A stretch of 64,000 nucleotides of DNA from Octopus vulgaris (taxonomy: Eukaryota), in contig OX597816.1 of assembly GCA_951406725.2 (NCBI GenBank), positions 124,558,001-124,622,000 of the forward strand. The letters run 5' to 3'. Position numbers and translations under genes: made by a program. How positions within the stretch are numbered: position 1 is the stretch's first letter; each line of letters starts with the position of its first letter. The notes beneath the pieces are model-generated. The model saw only the letters and a program-made list of their open reading frames with translations. It had not been told where the DNA came from and did no database searches. Positions 42,674 to 57,199 of the stretch are shown piece by piece.

Positions 42674-45636
42674 GGAAGTTCATGTAATATAAAAATCTAT
42701 TTCCTTCACGTTTATTTATACCTTTTCTGTTCTTTTGCGGGTCTGAGTAGTAACATCCCATCCTCTATTTATATTGTTATCATTTTCATCAAGAACTGGT
42801 GTATTTATTTTTTGCGATGTGAAATGCGGCACTCTTTACTTTTGTACATTTTGTGCGTGAAATGTAAAGCATGCATTTACCGTTTAACCTTTACTCAAAT
42901 ATTTCAGTTATAATTCACTTTATTCCTTACACTTTCTACTGATGATTGAATCTGCCTCGTATTCATATGACTAGTGTAACATGTACCTGTTACATCAGTC
43001 TGGTGTATATGTACGTGTGGTTGCCACTCTGCTGTAAGTACAAGCATTTGCCACACATTACTTTCATTGTGCATAAAAGAAAACATACTAAAACGTTAAT
43101 GAATTGCTTGGGCAGTCTTCAACATTTTCTTGATTTATTTTGAGCTTCATCCATGTCATATTACTTCATTGGGGATAATGAATTTTGCCATGGTAGTGAG
43201 GTAGGAAAGTGAGGTAGCACGTCATTATCTGGTCTCATAAACAACTAGATTTTGTCGTCATTGCTACTTCAGTTTTCTTCGTTAGTATTACTTTTGTTTA
43301 GACATGCACAGTGATACAAATTATAATTATTCATATGATAAACAAGAGATTTAGTGGGGTGGCATATTCAAACTATAATTTAGTCATACAAATATCTGTT
43401 AGATTTGCCATCTATTCTTGAAGGTTGATGAAATATAAAAAATAGCATAGTAGAGTCAGATACCTACTGCCTCAAATTTATTGTATTTTTCGTATTTTAG
43501 AAGCAAGTACGTTTCGCATAAGACTGGAAATCTAAATTAGAACATTATATTGCAGAAGTAATCACAGACTAATTTCTGAGTTGGTAGTGTAGCTTCCATA
43601 CTATTTTTACCACATAAATATGATAAAAATAAAGGAAGAGCAGTGACAGTAATTTGAAAGTTTTAATTGCTTCCAACGTGACGTTATTAATAATATACAA
43701 TCTCGCCAACTTCTACAGCGATATACTGTCTATACGTTACATGCAGCAGAAAGTTCCTTTGTTAACTTGAAATACACTGTTGTTTCTAAGTAAGAGATTT
43801 AAGAGAATCTTGTCAAATAGTCATTACAATTATGAATGTCAGGTGGCAAAGTTCAGCGAATGATTAAACTAAACTTGTTGCCAGATTGTTTCGGCTTGAT
43901 GAAAGAATTGCTACAACAAGCACTACTAGTTGATAAGATGCATTAGTAAGTTATGAATGGCGTTCTTGATGTCAATTTTCGGGCAATATCTGGTTAGATA
44001 TACAAATATGCAGGCATGTATATGTACGAGTTTGATGTGTCGGTAGTCTTAATACATAAAGTAATGTGGCAATGTATGTGTAGCTTTGTCTACACATCTG
44101 AGCTCGCACATGAGATGCTATGTCTGTTCGCACAATAAGTATATTGCTTAGTGCAATGTGAATTGGATCTACATTTAATAAATGAGATAGTTCCCAAACA
44201 GCATCATGAATGGCATTAATTTGCCATACGTAAGTTTTATTGAAAATTTCATTCCGTGATCATGAAAGTTAAATAAACAGAAATGTGTAGAATTATGTAT
44301 ATTCCCAGGAACAACGAAAGAGCAAATGCGAATATGAACTCAAGAATCGGTGCTACAAATAGATCATACGAAAATTATTCAGTTCCCTTTGGATTTGAAT
44401 GTGGTAATACTGCTTCACACAAAATTGGGGAAGGAGTATGAAGATTCAATTAAAATATGTGTTCTTCTGTTTGCGTGTGTATTTATGCGCATGGTAATTA
44501 TGCCTTCAATCTAAAAAGATTGCAGTCGTTATTGCTTATTGCATAGTATGTCTCATACCCTTTCGGCTCTTAACATGTAAGCAATCACACCCCAAAACAC
44601 ACATAGATACACAACACACGGGCACAACTTAATTGAAGTACACTGGACTTGGTTATGGTAATGAAGTAGATAGGACACTAGATATGTGACATTTCCTCCT
44701 GCTCACCTGAATTCGAAGATATCAACTGCAGCATAACAATAGATTGACCATTATCGGTGCTGAAGATAAAATTCGCCATTAGACGTACGGCTTTACAACT
44801 GTTCTACTCATCAACAACAGAGCTGCACGTGACTTTACTGTAATGAACAAGCCTTACAGACACGGAAAGTAAACTGCGAATATATAATTGCATAAACTTC
44901 TCAAAGGATTTAATTTATACGGAAGAAGATTGTACATCTTTGTAATAAACAAGACCCTTCGGAAAGTAAGACGCTACATTTGTGCTATACATATATGAAT
45001 GGATGTTTGCGTATATGATTATGAGTAAAGTGTACGTATCAAAAACACAAATATTACACGCACATGCATACAATATCTCACAAATTCTCACACACGTACA
45101 CAGCATATATATTTGCGTGTATCAAAGATAAACACGATTACTGGTCAATAACGTTTTGGTAAAATATTTATGCTTTTATATTATAAATCAATATTATGCA
45201 TGAACGCAACGTCCATCCATGCATATATATACGTACATACATATATACAAACAACACACCACGACTTAATTGTATCCATACTTTTAAACGTGGTGAAAAC
45301 CTGTGGCAAATTCCAATATAAACAACGATCCCATGCAGTTACAAGAGATTTGATATTGATTCTGTGAAAATACGCTGTTGACTTGTGGTTAAATTTCTGA
45401 TTGTTTTATGAAGCAGCTGAATAGTATATTGTATCAATTAGGAAAGGCAATCGTGTATGTCTCCTATGAGTAACGGTCAATAAAATAAGAAACTATCCAC
45501 CACGTGTCTACCTCTCTTATGTATTAATACTTTGACCGCTCATCGACAGCATAGAAACAATATATTTACGTTATTATGACTTTTAAAAGACATTTTCATT
45601 CGCACCTCACTTTACCTTAAATGCACACACACACAC

Positions 45637-45642
<6 letters not shown>

Positions 45643-45705
<63 letters not shown>

Positions 45706-45712
45706 GTATTAT

Positions 45713-45775
<63 letters not shown>
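45643..45775. repeat. (TA)n microsatellites
   Basis: Directly visible. Confidence 0.95.
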
Positions 45776-45780
<5 letters not shown>

Positions 45781-45992
45781 AATATTATAGAAATATTATA
45801 CAAAAAGAAAATAGAAACTACACGTGGTAATGTAAGGAGAAAGTAAGAAAAATACGCGAAAATGCACATTGGAAATTAAAAGAGGTAAAGGCTTTTTATG
45901 AAAAGTAACGAAAGATATATACAATTAGATGAACTGAGGTAGGAGTAGAAGTAATAAAAGTCATTATTGTGAATTGTTAAAGAAATTCAAAA

Positions 45993-46025
45993 GCATACCG
46001 GTTTCGTAAGTTACTAATCATATAC
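45993..46025 (-). ncRNA. Degenerate minimal hammerhead motif
   Basis: Minus strand: gtat-ATGATTA-GTAAcTTAC-GAAAC-CG-GTA-tgc; palindromic ACCGGT; core mutated. Confidence 0.35.
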
Positions 46026-46250
46026 ACACACATACCTACATGCATACATATTTCTTTTTCTGTGTAAGTTGTAATTAAAATTGAAGTTTAGATATGTTTT
46101 CAATTTAGCATCCAAACCTTATTTTGGGTATGCCCCTAGTAGTGTGCTCTCAGAGCACGTTCACCACGTACGGCTACCAGACTTCATCCGCGGTAAATGA
46201 AGTTTGGTCGTTGGATCTATGTTAGGAATTCGTCGCTGCATGTTAAGCAC

Positions 46251-46552
46251 ATTCTAAATGATTGACACAAATGAAAGAGTGTATTGGAAACTTTATTTAT
46301 CGCAACGATCGCTTCGGCATACTACCAACACACCAATAATCATCATCCAGCTACACCTATGAGAGAAATGTAAACTTTATAACCTAAAAGCCATTTACGT
46401 TACCTGATGGGGTTTCTTCTGCACTGTGGGGAGCATTCGATTTCAATATATCGTTCCCCACCCATGGGGAAGCAGCACAGAGGCATGCAAAAACGATTGT
46501 TGTGATAAATAAAGTTTCCAATACACTGTCATCTGTATCAATCATTTAGAAT
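46251..46552. repeat. ~70-bp terminal inverted repeat enclosing a degenerate hammerhead (46399-46506, plus)
   Basis: attctaaatgattga..gtgtattggaaactttatttatc.caacgatcg versus its reverse complement at 46485-46552. Confidence 0.7.
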
Positions 46553-46773
46553 ATATTTTCATGTATATGTATATATGAATATATAAGGTGGGGGGGGGCA
46601 ATTACATACGTGCACTCACAAATAGTTTATGACATACCAATATATAAGCAACCAACACATACATACACACAAACACAAATATATGCACAGAAACACACTT
46701 ATACAACCAGTAACATACCCACATTCACGCGTTCATACACCTCGTATATGCATATGTGTATATATATATGTGT

Positions 46774-46824
<51 letters not shown>

Positions 46825-47171
46825 CTTGTGATTGTTTGTATACCCAAGTATGCACACAGATACACACACACATACACACATACACACACATATTCATACA
46901 TACATTCATATCGGGACACAGTGACACAGCCAGTTTCCTATCCAATCACGCGGCCAAAGAAATTCCCTCTTTTTATGGAACTGTTGTTGCTAAGGAGTTG
47001 ATAATATTCTTTACAAAACCATGTAACCTGCGTTGATCAATAGCAGCTTCTCTTGCAGTAGCCATCTTGGACTTGCTGTGTCTCTACATTCGGCATTCCA
47101 AAAGCTTGAATGTGTCGGATTCTCCTTAGGGGCCTGCAAAACTTGAAGTAGGAAGAAACTGAAATGCATTA

Positions 47172-47260
<89 letters not shown>

Positions 47261-47273
47261 TAATAATAATAAT
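47172..47273. repeat. (AAT)n microsatellite
   Basis: Directly visible. Confidence 0.95.
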
Positions 47274-47959
47274 ACACACATATATGTATACCGTCTTACA
47301 GAAAACTGCTTCCTAGAATTTTTTGTTACTAACACAAAATATATCGGGGTAGAGACTCACAGAAACAACAAATGCATTTGAGCATACCCAGGACGATATG
47401 TATTGTGCTTTTCACGCAAGTAAATGAAGAGATTTTTATCTCAGAAAATAACACAGCCCCATGCCTTTCAACGATTTACATGCATTTACTATGACACAGA
47501 AAGAGCGATCTTAATTTAATGTTCTTTCAATTGCGAACACTGAGTTTTTTAAAGCTCCACGAGGTCTCTGCATTATCAATGAATATAGTGACGCACGGAT
47601 TTCGTGTAAGGTGCATTGAATTGTCAAACATCAGGAAGTGGGTATCATGGTTGTTTCTCGTGAGTCGCAACAAATCTAAGTAAGAAGAGAAATTCTATTA
47701 GACAAAAACGCAACATTATGACTTTGAGCAATTGCTATATATTTAGTATGATACACAGATGGTTATATGTATGTGTGTGTATGTGTGTGTATGCGCATGT
47801 TTACGCATGTGCATTTTTGTACGTGTGTGTGCATATTTACGCATGTGGCTTTGTGTGTGCGGGGTATGTGTGGTGGGGGGACGGTTTGTGTGTGTGTGTG
47901 AAGAAAACATATACTTCAGCGCCTAGACGATGAGTCATTTACTCATTATATTATACTGC

Positions 47960-48170
47960 CTGAGGTGGTGTGCTGGCAGAATATTTAGCACGTCGGGCAA
48001 AATGCTTAGCGGTATTTCATCTGTTCTGAGTTCAAATTGGTCTGGGGTCGACTTTGCCTTTCATTCTTTCAGTGTCAATAAAATAAATACCGGTTGCATA
48101 TTGAGGTTGATATAATCAACTAACCCCTCCCCCCAAATTTTACGCCTTGTCCCTATAATAGAAGACATCA
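47960..48170 (+). mobile_element. tRNA-derived SINE (family S1)
   Basis: ggtggtgtgctggcagaa...aaatgcttagcggtatttc...gagttcaaatt...gtcgactttgcctttcat...gccttgt. Confidence 0.85.
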
Positions 48171-49257
48171 CGTTCTACTGCATGCAATTAATGAACAGCA
48201 ACGTGTATTCTGAAAGTAATCTTTAAATGGAACCAGCGAGACACAGCCTTTGACAAGGCAGTAACTTTAAACTACAGTTATAATTAATCTGACTGGCTTA
48301 TGTACAGTTTCCACCTGTTGAGTTGCCCTTACAAAACTTCGACTGATTCAGTGTTGTAGAAAAAAATCACTCGTGAAGTATGTTATATTGTCGGTCTAAA
48401 CCAACACCTTAAAATTGCTCAGTTAAATCCCTTTCCGCTCAGCTATAATTGTATCCACATACATACACGTAAAACCAACCAATATATACACACACACATA
48501 TATATGTGCGCCGGTTTATGTGTGTCTATGTTTTGTTATGTGTGTGTCTATGTTTGTGAGTGTTTGTATGCGTGTGTTTGTGTGCGTGTTTTTTTATGTG
48601 TGTAAGCAAACATATCGAATAACTGTTTCACACTAAGCCGATTGTTTGATCACTGGTGATGAGAAATATTCGTTAATGTGCCACCAACAGTATTGACTTG
48701 AGAGAGATATGAATCTAAATCCAAGGACATTGGTGGATTGAAGTAATCAATCCTGGTTTTATGGTCTAACAGTATTGTAGCTGCAAAGAATGTCAATAGT
48801 CAGTATATACTTACACACACACACACCATTTTCTCCCCTCTATTTCTTTATTTTTCTCTTTCTTGCTGTTTCGCGCACCATAAATATGTCCATGTATACT
48901 TGTACATGGGTGCATGTGTGTGTGTGCGTGTCTGAATTAATGTCGGCGTTTCGGTGATTCTGTGAGCATTTAAGTGATCGTACGTATGTGTGAGCGCGCT
49001 CGTATTGAAGCGATTACAAAAAGTAATCAAAGCAACTCCACAGAACGTGATGCATATCGGAAGAAGGAAACTGATATTGCGTCTTTTGAGACACTATATG
49101 AATGGTAATAACATTCAAAACTACTTCAGTTTTTGGTGTCATTATTATTTTCCGTGAGTGTTTACTTCGAAATTGTTGTATACGTCAATCACAAATATTT
49201 GAGCTATACGTGTCAGTCCCTGTGTGCCTATGTATGTATATATGTATTTATGTATGC

Positions 49258-49381
<124 letters not shown>

Positions 49382-49666
49382 ATGTGCGGGCGTGCATGTG
49401 CGTGTATGTGTATATGTTTATATATGTATACGTATATATATATATGTGGGCGTGCGTGTGCATTTGTCTATGCGTGCGCGAGTGTGTTTGTTGCCTCATA
49501 CCTATATCTATATATATAATTTTTATTACTATTTTTAACAGCAGTAAAAAAATTACTCTAATTGTGAAAATAATCCCCAAAGACAGCTACTCATGCATTT
49601 CATTAAGAAAATACCGAGAGAAATATATTTTTAATCGAACACATGCAATAATTTGCTTAGAGGAGA

Positions 49667-50885
49667 CCGGATCTAGGTGTCACACGGGTAAGTTGTTACA
49701 AGCCCATTGTTTCCATCTTCATGAAATCAGTGGCATTCGGATCTCTACCTTGTGAAGGCCAACTCCATAACATCATGACTGCTCATGTGTATTGCACTGG
49801 CGGATACAGTGCAATACATGTGTATTGCACTGTCACCAGAAAAGGTATGGATCAAAAAACGATTTTTTACTTGAAAAGGGAAATTTTTGCCACAAAGTTA
49901 TTTCCTTAACTACTAAAGCACAAGTGGTGTTACTGAAGTAGTTTGTGGCTCACTAGGAAGTGTTGGAAGTTGACTTCGATACATGAGGGTGTGTTCTGGA
50001 TGCCATGCATTGCTAGTGCTGTGTACGAGGTAATCCCCAGCAATCTACGGTCGGGGCTAATTGTTACAGTGTATCAACTTACCCCGGGGATTTAAGAACT
50101 TACCCCTTCTATTTCAGTTTAATATGCCATGCCTAGAAATTACAAAAGGAAAACTACAAGGGGGATACCCCACCTGATGTCATGGAAAGAGTCGCCAGAA
50201 AAGTTGTGGATGAAAAGAAATCATTACGGGATGTTGCCGTAAAACAGCGTGCAGTGGATGAAATAAACGAACCGAAATCAGGGAAGCGGTCTCGTAGCCA
50301 GTAAGTCGCCGATTGGAAGTGCCTTGTCTGCTCAGATTGGTATTCCAAGTCCCTTCCAGGTGAAGAATGGGTGCAATGCATGATCTCTAAAGACTGGGAA
50401 CACGCTAACTGTACCGATGGACTACAGGAATTTCTGTGTGACCTGTGTGTTGAGAAGTTAATGGAGGACGATTCCGACTAGAAGGCACATGTAACAATGG
50501 GGAAAATGGCTGATGAGGACTCTCAGTATCACAGTTAGGATATGAGGTGGTTCAAAGCACAGTTAATTAAAATATTACTTCCTAGATGTAATAAGCAGGA
50601 GACGTATTCATTTTAAACTTGTTTGTTAACATAATTCCGAGATATTGACAGTTGTATCAAAGTACCACAGTAAGTGTCACAACGTACCCCGCACTCGGGG
50701 AAAACTGTTACAGCTGACACCACCTCATTAATTAGAATCTGGCTTATTAATGTTATGTAATTTCTGTTTTTTGCTGGTGATAACAATAAATAGAGATGTT
50801 TTAAATCTGAAAAAAAACTTCAGCTGTATTCATTTATGTGGGTGCCAAGGCAAAAAAAAAGGAAAAATATGTAACAAATAGACCT
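49667..50885 (+). mobile_element. Internally deleted pogo/Tigger-like transposon (Psq-type HTH start joined to C-terminal PHD finger; coding remnant 50129-50481)
   Basis: MPRNYKRKTTRG/TPPDVMERVARKVVDEKKSLRDVAVK, then WKCLVCSDWYSKSLPGEEWVQCMISKDWEHANCTDGLQEFLCDLC; repeated subterminal motif GGGTAAGTTGTTACA / TGTA.CAACTTACCCC; outer ends approximate. Confidence 0.75.
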
Positions 50886-52589
50886 ATAATTTTCATGTGA
50901 CTCGTTTTGTTTGCGTTACGAAAGATTGTCCCGGCAGTTTACTATCTTAGTTTATATCGCACACTCGGTTACTCGGAATCTTGCTTAATCACGATAAATT
51001 AACGTTTCGTATTTTCTCTTCCCTTTTTATGTCCACATTATCGTGTTTACATGCTACGGCAGGGGATGAAGTATAGATATTTTGATTTGTTTGAGTTATA
51101 GGTGCTTAAGAAGTGAATTTGCCCTCATACATCCTGTAAACTATAGCCGCTTAAACATTCTGGTACGACTTATGATTCTGACAGTTAATTGCGCAGCGCT
51201 ATGATCATACTCAACGCACATTACTCACAGATGTATGTGAAACATCTAATTTTATATAATTCAAATATGCGCCATACCTGTACGATCTTTATACCTTCTG
51301 AGTTTTAATTGAGTGGGCTCAGCTTTGCCGTACTTCTGTTAGGCCGATGCAATAAAGTATGAATCATGTCCTTGCTTCGATTTCACGTTCTTACAAGAGT
51401 TTTTTGATGTGCAAGGAATTATAACACGATACAAAATAGGTGTCTCGATGATTTTCTGCAAAGTTGAAATTGTTATATAAAGACATGAAAAGCCAACGGC
51501 AAGACATCGCATACTTTCATATCTTGTATGTCCAGATCAACATTAGATTACAGGGGTAAATCGCCATAACTGCTATAGAAGATAACACAAGCAGTGTATA
51601 TTAGACATTTTACACTCAATCTACTACGTTCTTGGATATGACGTATTTTTGAATTACGTCAGATTAACACTGTAGTGATTCCACAATGGGAACCGAATTT
51701 CGTGTTTGAGATTCTACGCAGCTGATCAAACTGATATAGCATTATCGTTATTGGAATGAAGATTAAAAGTGTGTTGGCTACAGTATGGTAATGCAAAATA
51801 ATACAACAAATGGTTTAGTACATACGGTTATAAATCCCTAGATTTATTTATATATAATTGACACTGTGTTGGCACCCTCGAAAATTTTGCCTGGCTATCA
51901 TATTTTTGTTCGATTATGTAAATAAGCTATATCAATTTCATGTCCTGTGTAGATTTTAGTAAGTCGTCATCCACAACTATTGTCGACAGTTTGGGAAAAA
52001 GAAGTTGTGTCAACACTGATAAATAGTGAAATAATTATGGAACAGCCTCTGGCCTTCTCAATTGATATTCTAATCTGCCAAATAGACTTGGTGGGCTTAA
52101 TTTCAAACTGAGACGAAATAAATATGGATACGTCTCCGTATATTTATTCATAAGTTGTGCAACCAGGTATTGGGATCAGTTGAATTATGATGTTCAACAT
52201 ACATTTTACAGTGAATACATTCAGTATGTACAATAATGATGCTCAACATTATGGTTGTTCAATCTTTTACTGTTCTTTAACAAGTTTAACCTGAATGTAG
52301 TGGCCAATTTTACTCAAGATAACAACAAAACCGAAAGTATTGATGATCTAGTCTAGAATTGAACTCCTATACATGCTTTCATTTAACTGATATTTAGAAA
52401 GCATTTCTAAAGTATTTCGACTAAGACTGTATTCGTTTTTCTTGAGCACGTCTATAACACAGAGAACTATTTATTGCGAGCCCATCTCATCTGTTGTTCC
52501 ATATAAACCTGCTTTGCATTGGCCTCTCAACTCCTTGATAGAGGCGTAGCTATGCCGTTTTGATATATGTCAAATTTTTGTTGTTTTTA

Positions 52590-52830
52590 GACCTCGCAGA
52601 GGTCTGACCACAATCGACTTCTTCCAAAAGACAGAAAACTCAAATGTAACGAAAAAGAAGAAACGGCCCTAGTACATTTATCGCATTTTAGTTGTTGATC
52701 GCGAAAGAATGAAAGCCAAAATTTACCTAAGCCAGATTTGAACTTAATGGTTGGAAAACCAGAACGATTACCACAAAGCAATCTGTCCGACGTTTTAATG
52801 ATTCCACTAAGCATTTACCAATCCAGATAT
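52590..52830 (-). mobile_element. tRNA-derived SINE (family S1), highly degenerate
   Basis: caatcgac...gaatgaaagccaaa...gatttgaact...ccactaagcattt. Confidence 0.5.
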
Positions 52831-53249
52831 ACCATAGTGTACCTTACTGCAGAACGCAATGCGCACGCCGACACGAAGTGATTAATCGAATGGAGTGTAA
52901 TACAATAGGCAGAGTATGTTATACTCTCTCCAATATCTTGCCCGTTTCTTTACATACGTAGATTTGGAATTTAGTTTAAGGGGAAGGGGATTGGGTGAAC
53001 ATAGTCATAATGTAACAGGTTTTGTTCTGCTACCCATATTACTTTACACAGTGTATGACGATAATACAGTTATGGAATATTTCCTGCTTGTGTCTGGTTT
53101 ACATCTGGAGTTTATTTAAGTAAGAAATACTTTAGTTGCAGTAATGCCTCTACCTGTGCTTATATCCCGGTTTACTTTTTATATCATTGCTTCTTTCTGA
53201 GTTGTGAATATGGAAGATCAATTATATGCAATTTCTAGTACTTTTCTTT

Positions 53250-53900
53250 TCTGTAAGAATGGATGCTTTTGATGTCCTTTGTGTTGTTTATTAGAGTGAT
53301 ACACTATTGAGTAGGTGCTCCTTAAAGTGTATGGTTATTCATTTGTAGTTTGTATGTGATTGATGTAGGATTGCAATTGTCGTGCAACTATCTTTTAAAA
53401 TGTCGGGTAATGAGTATTTCTTTTAGAAATGAAACTGTTTATTTTGTGTAAAAATGCAATAAGATATAGGTTTAAAATAACCTGAGAAATGGCAGGTTCA
53501 CAACATTTCGAAATTTTTGCGTTTTTTAAAAATATGTTAATTATTCTGCGTATAAGCAGGTAGTGGTTAGTGAAGTCGGGAGCTATATTAGCGTAATTAT
53601 TATTTACCTAGATGCGTTGGAATCTGATTTGTTGAAGTAATCGCGTATTCTATTTTTTAGATTTATAGATAGCATTTAATGGTTTTAATCCGAGTTATCC
53701 ATGTGTTAGTTAATAATGAGGATTTCTAGGATTGCTTAAGATGTGCGCAATGGTAGAGTCGATAGGTCTATGCGGTGATATTCTGGTTGTATTTTGTTAG
53801 ATGTGTACCGTCGGCGTTCCAATAATGTTGATTTTTGTCCGCTTCTACAGTCTAAGGAATTAGCAGTATTGATACAAGATGTTTAAGCTAAAGGTAAATG
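53250..53900 (-). pseudogene. Highly decayed Penelope-like RT N-terminal remnant
   Basis: Minus-strand fragments ADKNQHY...YNQNIT and ITL...PDFTNH resemble the ADK..N.Y...Y.....NIT and ITLKDHK.NF motifs of PLE RTs; many stops. Confidence 0.4.
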
Positions 53901-54606
53901 AGAGAATTCCTTCAGACAATAAACGATTCACCAGTATATCAGTAGCACTTGTAACGTAGTCTGTATATTTGTAATAAAGTCAGGTCCTCGTGTATATTAA
54001 TGGTGTAAGTGAAGGGAAATGCTTTTGGTGATTCATATTTAGCTTATAGCCACGGACTGATATTAACTAGTTGGGATATTAAGTTCACTATTATTCAACT
54101 GGTAAATGTAGATTGAATAACACATTTAGCATAACGTCGGTGCTTAAACATGACTTTAGTGTGTAAGATTTCTATTAGAATACTGACAGCTTTCTCCACA
54201 CATACATCAATTTTATCTGTTATATTAGCTCTTTCTTATTAACAAATTTATTAAGGATTATAATTGCATCTGTACATGAATATCGTAAGCATTTCATTAA
54301 AGATTAAGTGGGCAATCGTATTTGAATCTGAGTTTAATTGTGTAACAACATTTTAATATGGAATACAAATGACTCTTTAAATGATATCAAAAGATAAAAT
54401 GACGTTGAATAATGCATATATTGGTTTACACACGATCAGGAAAAATATTCTTCATTATTTGCCTGAAACAAGGAGCTAAAAATAATAATTTCACTCCAAT
54501 ATCTTACAATCTATTTCATTTTCCATAAATGAGTTTTTACTTTCTAATTTCCGGAAGGATATGTCTTTTTACTCGATAAGAAGTGTAAATATCTCTGATT
54601 TTATAC

Positions 54607-54680
54607 ATATATGTGTATGCATGTATGTATGTATGTATGTATGTATGTATGTATGTATGTATGTATGTATGTATGTATAA

Positions 54681-54750
<70 letters not shown>

Positions 54751-54751
54751 A
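54607..54751. repeat. (TATG)n-(TA)n-(TG)n compound microsatellite
   Basis: Directly visible. Confidence 0.95.
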
Positions 54752-57130
54752 TTTAAAGTCCGTATGTCGGGAAATAAAATTAAATAAGGTAAGGTATTGC
54801 TATAATTAAATTAGTTGCGTCTCAAGACTCTTACTAATTGATCTCACCGATTAAATTATACATTTCGAATTAAAATGTTATTAATTAACTTTCTTATCAA
54901 TGACAGGTTAACAATATTTCTTACAGTAGCAATTATTATAGGTTTAGCATCTGTCAACGTGATTTGAAAAAGTATTCAGCCTATTGGACGCTTCTTATAT
55001 TAAGACCCAGTATTTCGCACATGTGTACAAGATAGATTGTTAGATATAAAACTAAATGACTACATTGTATCTTCCTTACCCCAAGTTCTGGTATAGTGAA
55101 GGTATGACAGTATAACTGATTACTTCCAAACTAATTGATTCCAAAAACAGAAAGAGAATAATCAAGTTTAATCAATTGCAATTTCATTTTGATATGATTT
55201 GTGTAAAGTTATATGTAAAATTACGCAAATAGAACACATCCCCTCTCTCACGCCTTTAATACTTCCTTGCCATTTACTCAAGAAACTAATTTAATTTTTT
55301 ATTTTTCTATACAGAAATGAATAGTCTGTATGTTTTGAATATGAATTCGACATCTGGGGTATTAAATCTTTTCATAAAACATATAAATAGAAATTAGAAA
55401 CTGTTTAACTATTAAGTAATTTTCAAATTTTAAATTGAAGAATATAAACTTAGGACATTATTACTTTTCCATATAAAAAAGGACCACTTTTATAACAAAT
55501 ATTTTCTCTTATCGGATGCTTTCTTAGAAGTTAGTTCCTACACGTTTGAAGTGTTACAAAATTGATTTTATGTGTATCTTAACACTTATAAATTTATACG
55601 CAAAATATACGTATATCTCCCCTCTAAAATATTTACCATTGGGTGACGACTTCCTGGCGACTTCAACTTTCAGTTAACACATCGAAACTTTCACAGTAAA
55701 AGATAATATTTCGTTATCTAGGCATAATCTATAATCAAAATGTTCCGGAACAAAGAGAAAATCCATTACAGAGAAAGCATGGAAATTTGTCTGCAAGTAA
55801 TTTATTTACTCGTGAAGACAGAGGAGTCACAAGATAGATGATCAATCTATAATTGGCTAATCCTACGGTTAATAGATTAAAATAAGGCTATAGTTATTTA
55901 CTACTTAACGGTGAATGGTTTACGTTATTTATTGCGGAGCTTCAAGTAAGAGTCTGTCTTCTAGATATAAAAAGCTACTCACAGTACAGACTGCTGGCAA
56001 TGCAGTTGATAACAGTAATATAGCGCTCTATTCACAAACAAGTCAGTCAGAGCAGGAGTAATTGAGAGAATATTGTTAACCGTTCTTTCTTCCAAGTTCT
56101 TTATATTTCATCATTAATCTCCACAGACAAGGCATGTCATGTTAATGTTTTATTCATTAGACCAACATTAGATATGCGATGCGTAGCTAAAACTATTGCA
56201 ACAAATACTACACTATACTTCGGTCATTTATTCATGCGCTTGTCACAAACCCTTATTCCATCGAAAACAAGCAGCTGTGCGAATCTCATAATTGATTCGC
56301 ATCTTACTTCTCTCACTAATTAACTCCAATTGGAAATACTATAGAATTCATTTCAAACAATTATCATAATCCCAATTTTAAGTATGGTACCATTTTCAAA
56401 TAAAACAAAATATCGAATCAAATTACAGACGAATACTCTGTATTAACTTTTTCGAAGTTAAAAATAGATAAAAAAAAATTAAGTTATTCTTTTAATCAAC
56501 TAGTTTTGCTATGAAGAATCGCATACTATATCAGTTTTGCTTTTTCAGACAGATGCCACATCTAACTAGCACACTTGCTTTTAGTGTAGTGATTAGTTGA
56601 ATAATGCTTAAGTCTTACTATAAATACTACTATTACTCTCTCTCTCTCTCTCTCTCTTTCTCTGATGATCGTTGCCTTTTACAGTAAGCCATTATGTTCC
56701 TTTGATGTCTAATAATGAAGCAGTATGAATGAATCAAGTCTGTCATTAAAATAACGTTTAAAAAATACGAATTCATTAAGATGAATGAATATAATATCGC
56801 AACATTTTTCTGTCTTAAATTAGTCAAACTAGATTTCCTTATACTGCAAAGCTTTAGGAGAAAGGATACATCTGCATTATAATATTCCATGAACTATATG
56901 ATTTGAAATTGTTTTCGATTTCACATCTCTTAAAGATTGATCATCAAACACACGATAATATAAGGAAAAGTCAGACGGTAAGGTGTAACCAGTGGCAGCA
57001 GATTCTACGCAAATAAATTAGACTAATAAAATATTATGTACGATTTAATGGGCGGAACCCATTCATGGTCGATGTATTTAGTGGAATCATTAAGTTGTCA
57101 TATCGATGGGCAATAAACAAAATAATTAGC

Positions 57131-57199
<69 letters not shown>

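Noticed and set aside
46910-47160. Possible minus-strand exon (ttttgcag acceptor near 47135)
   Set aside because: No recognisable protein, weak donor and no partner exons; could be an unclassified repeat
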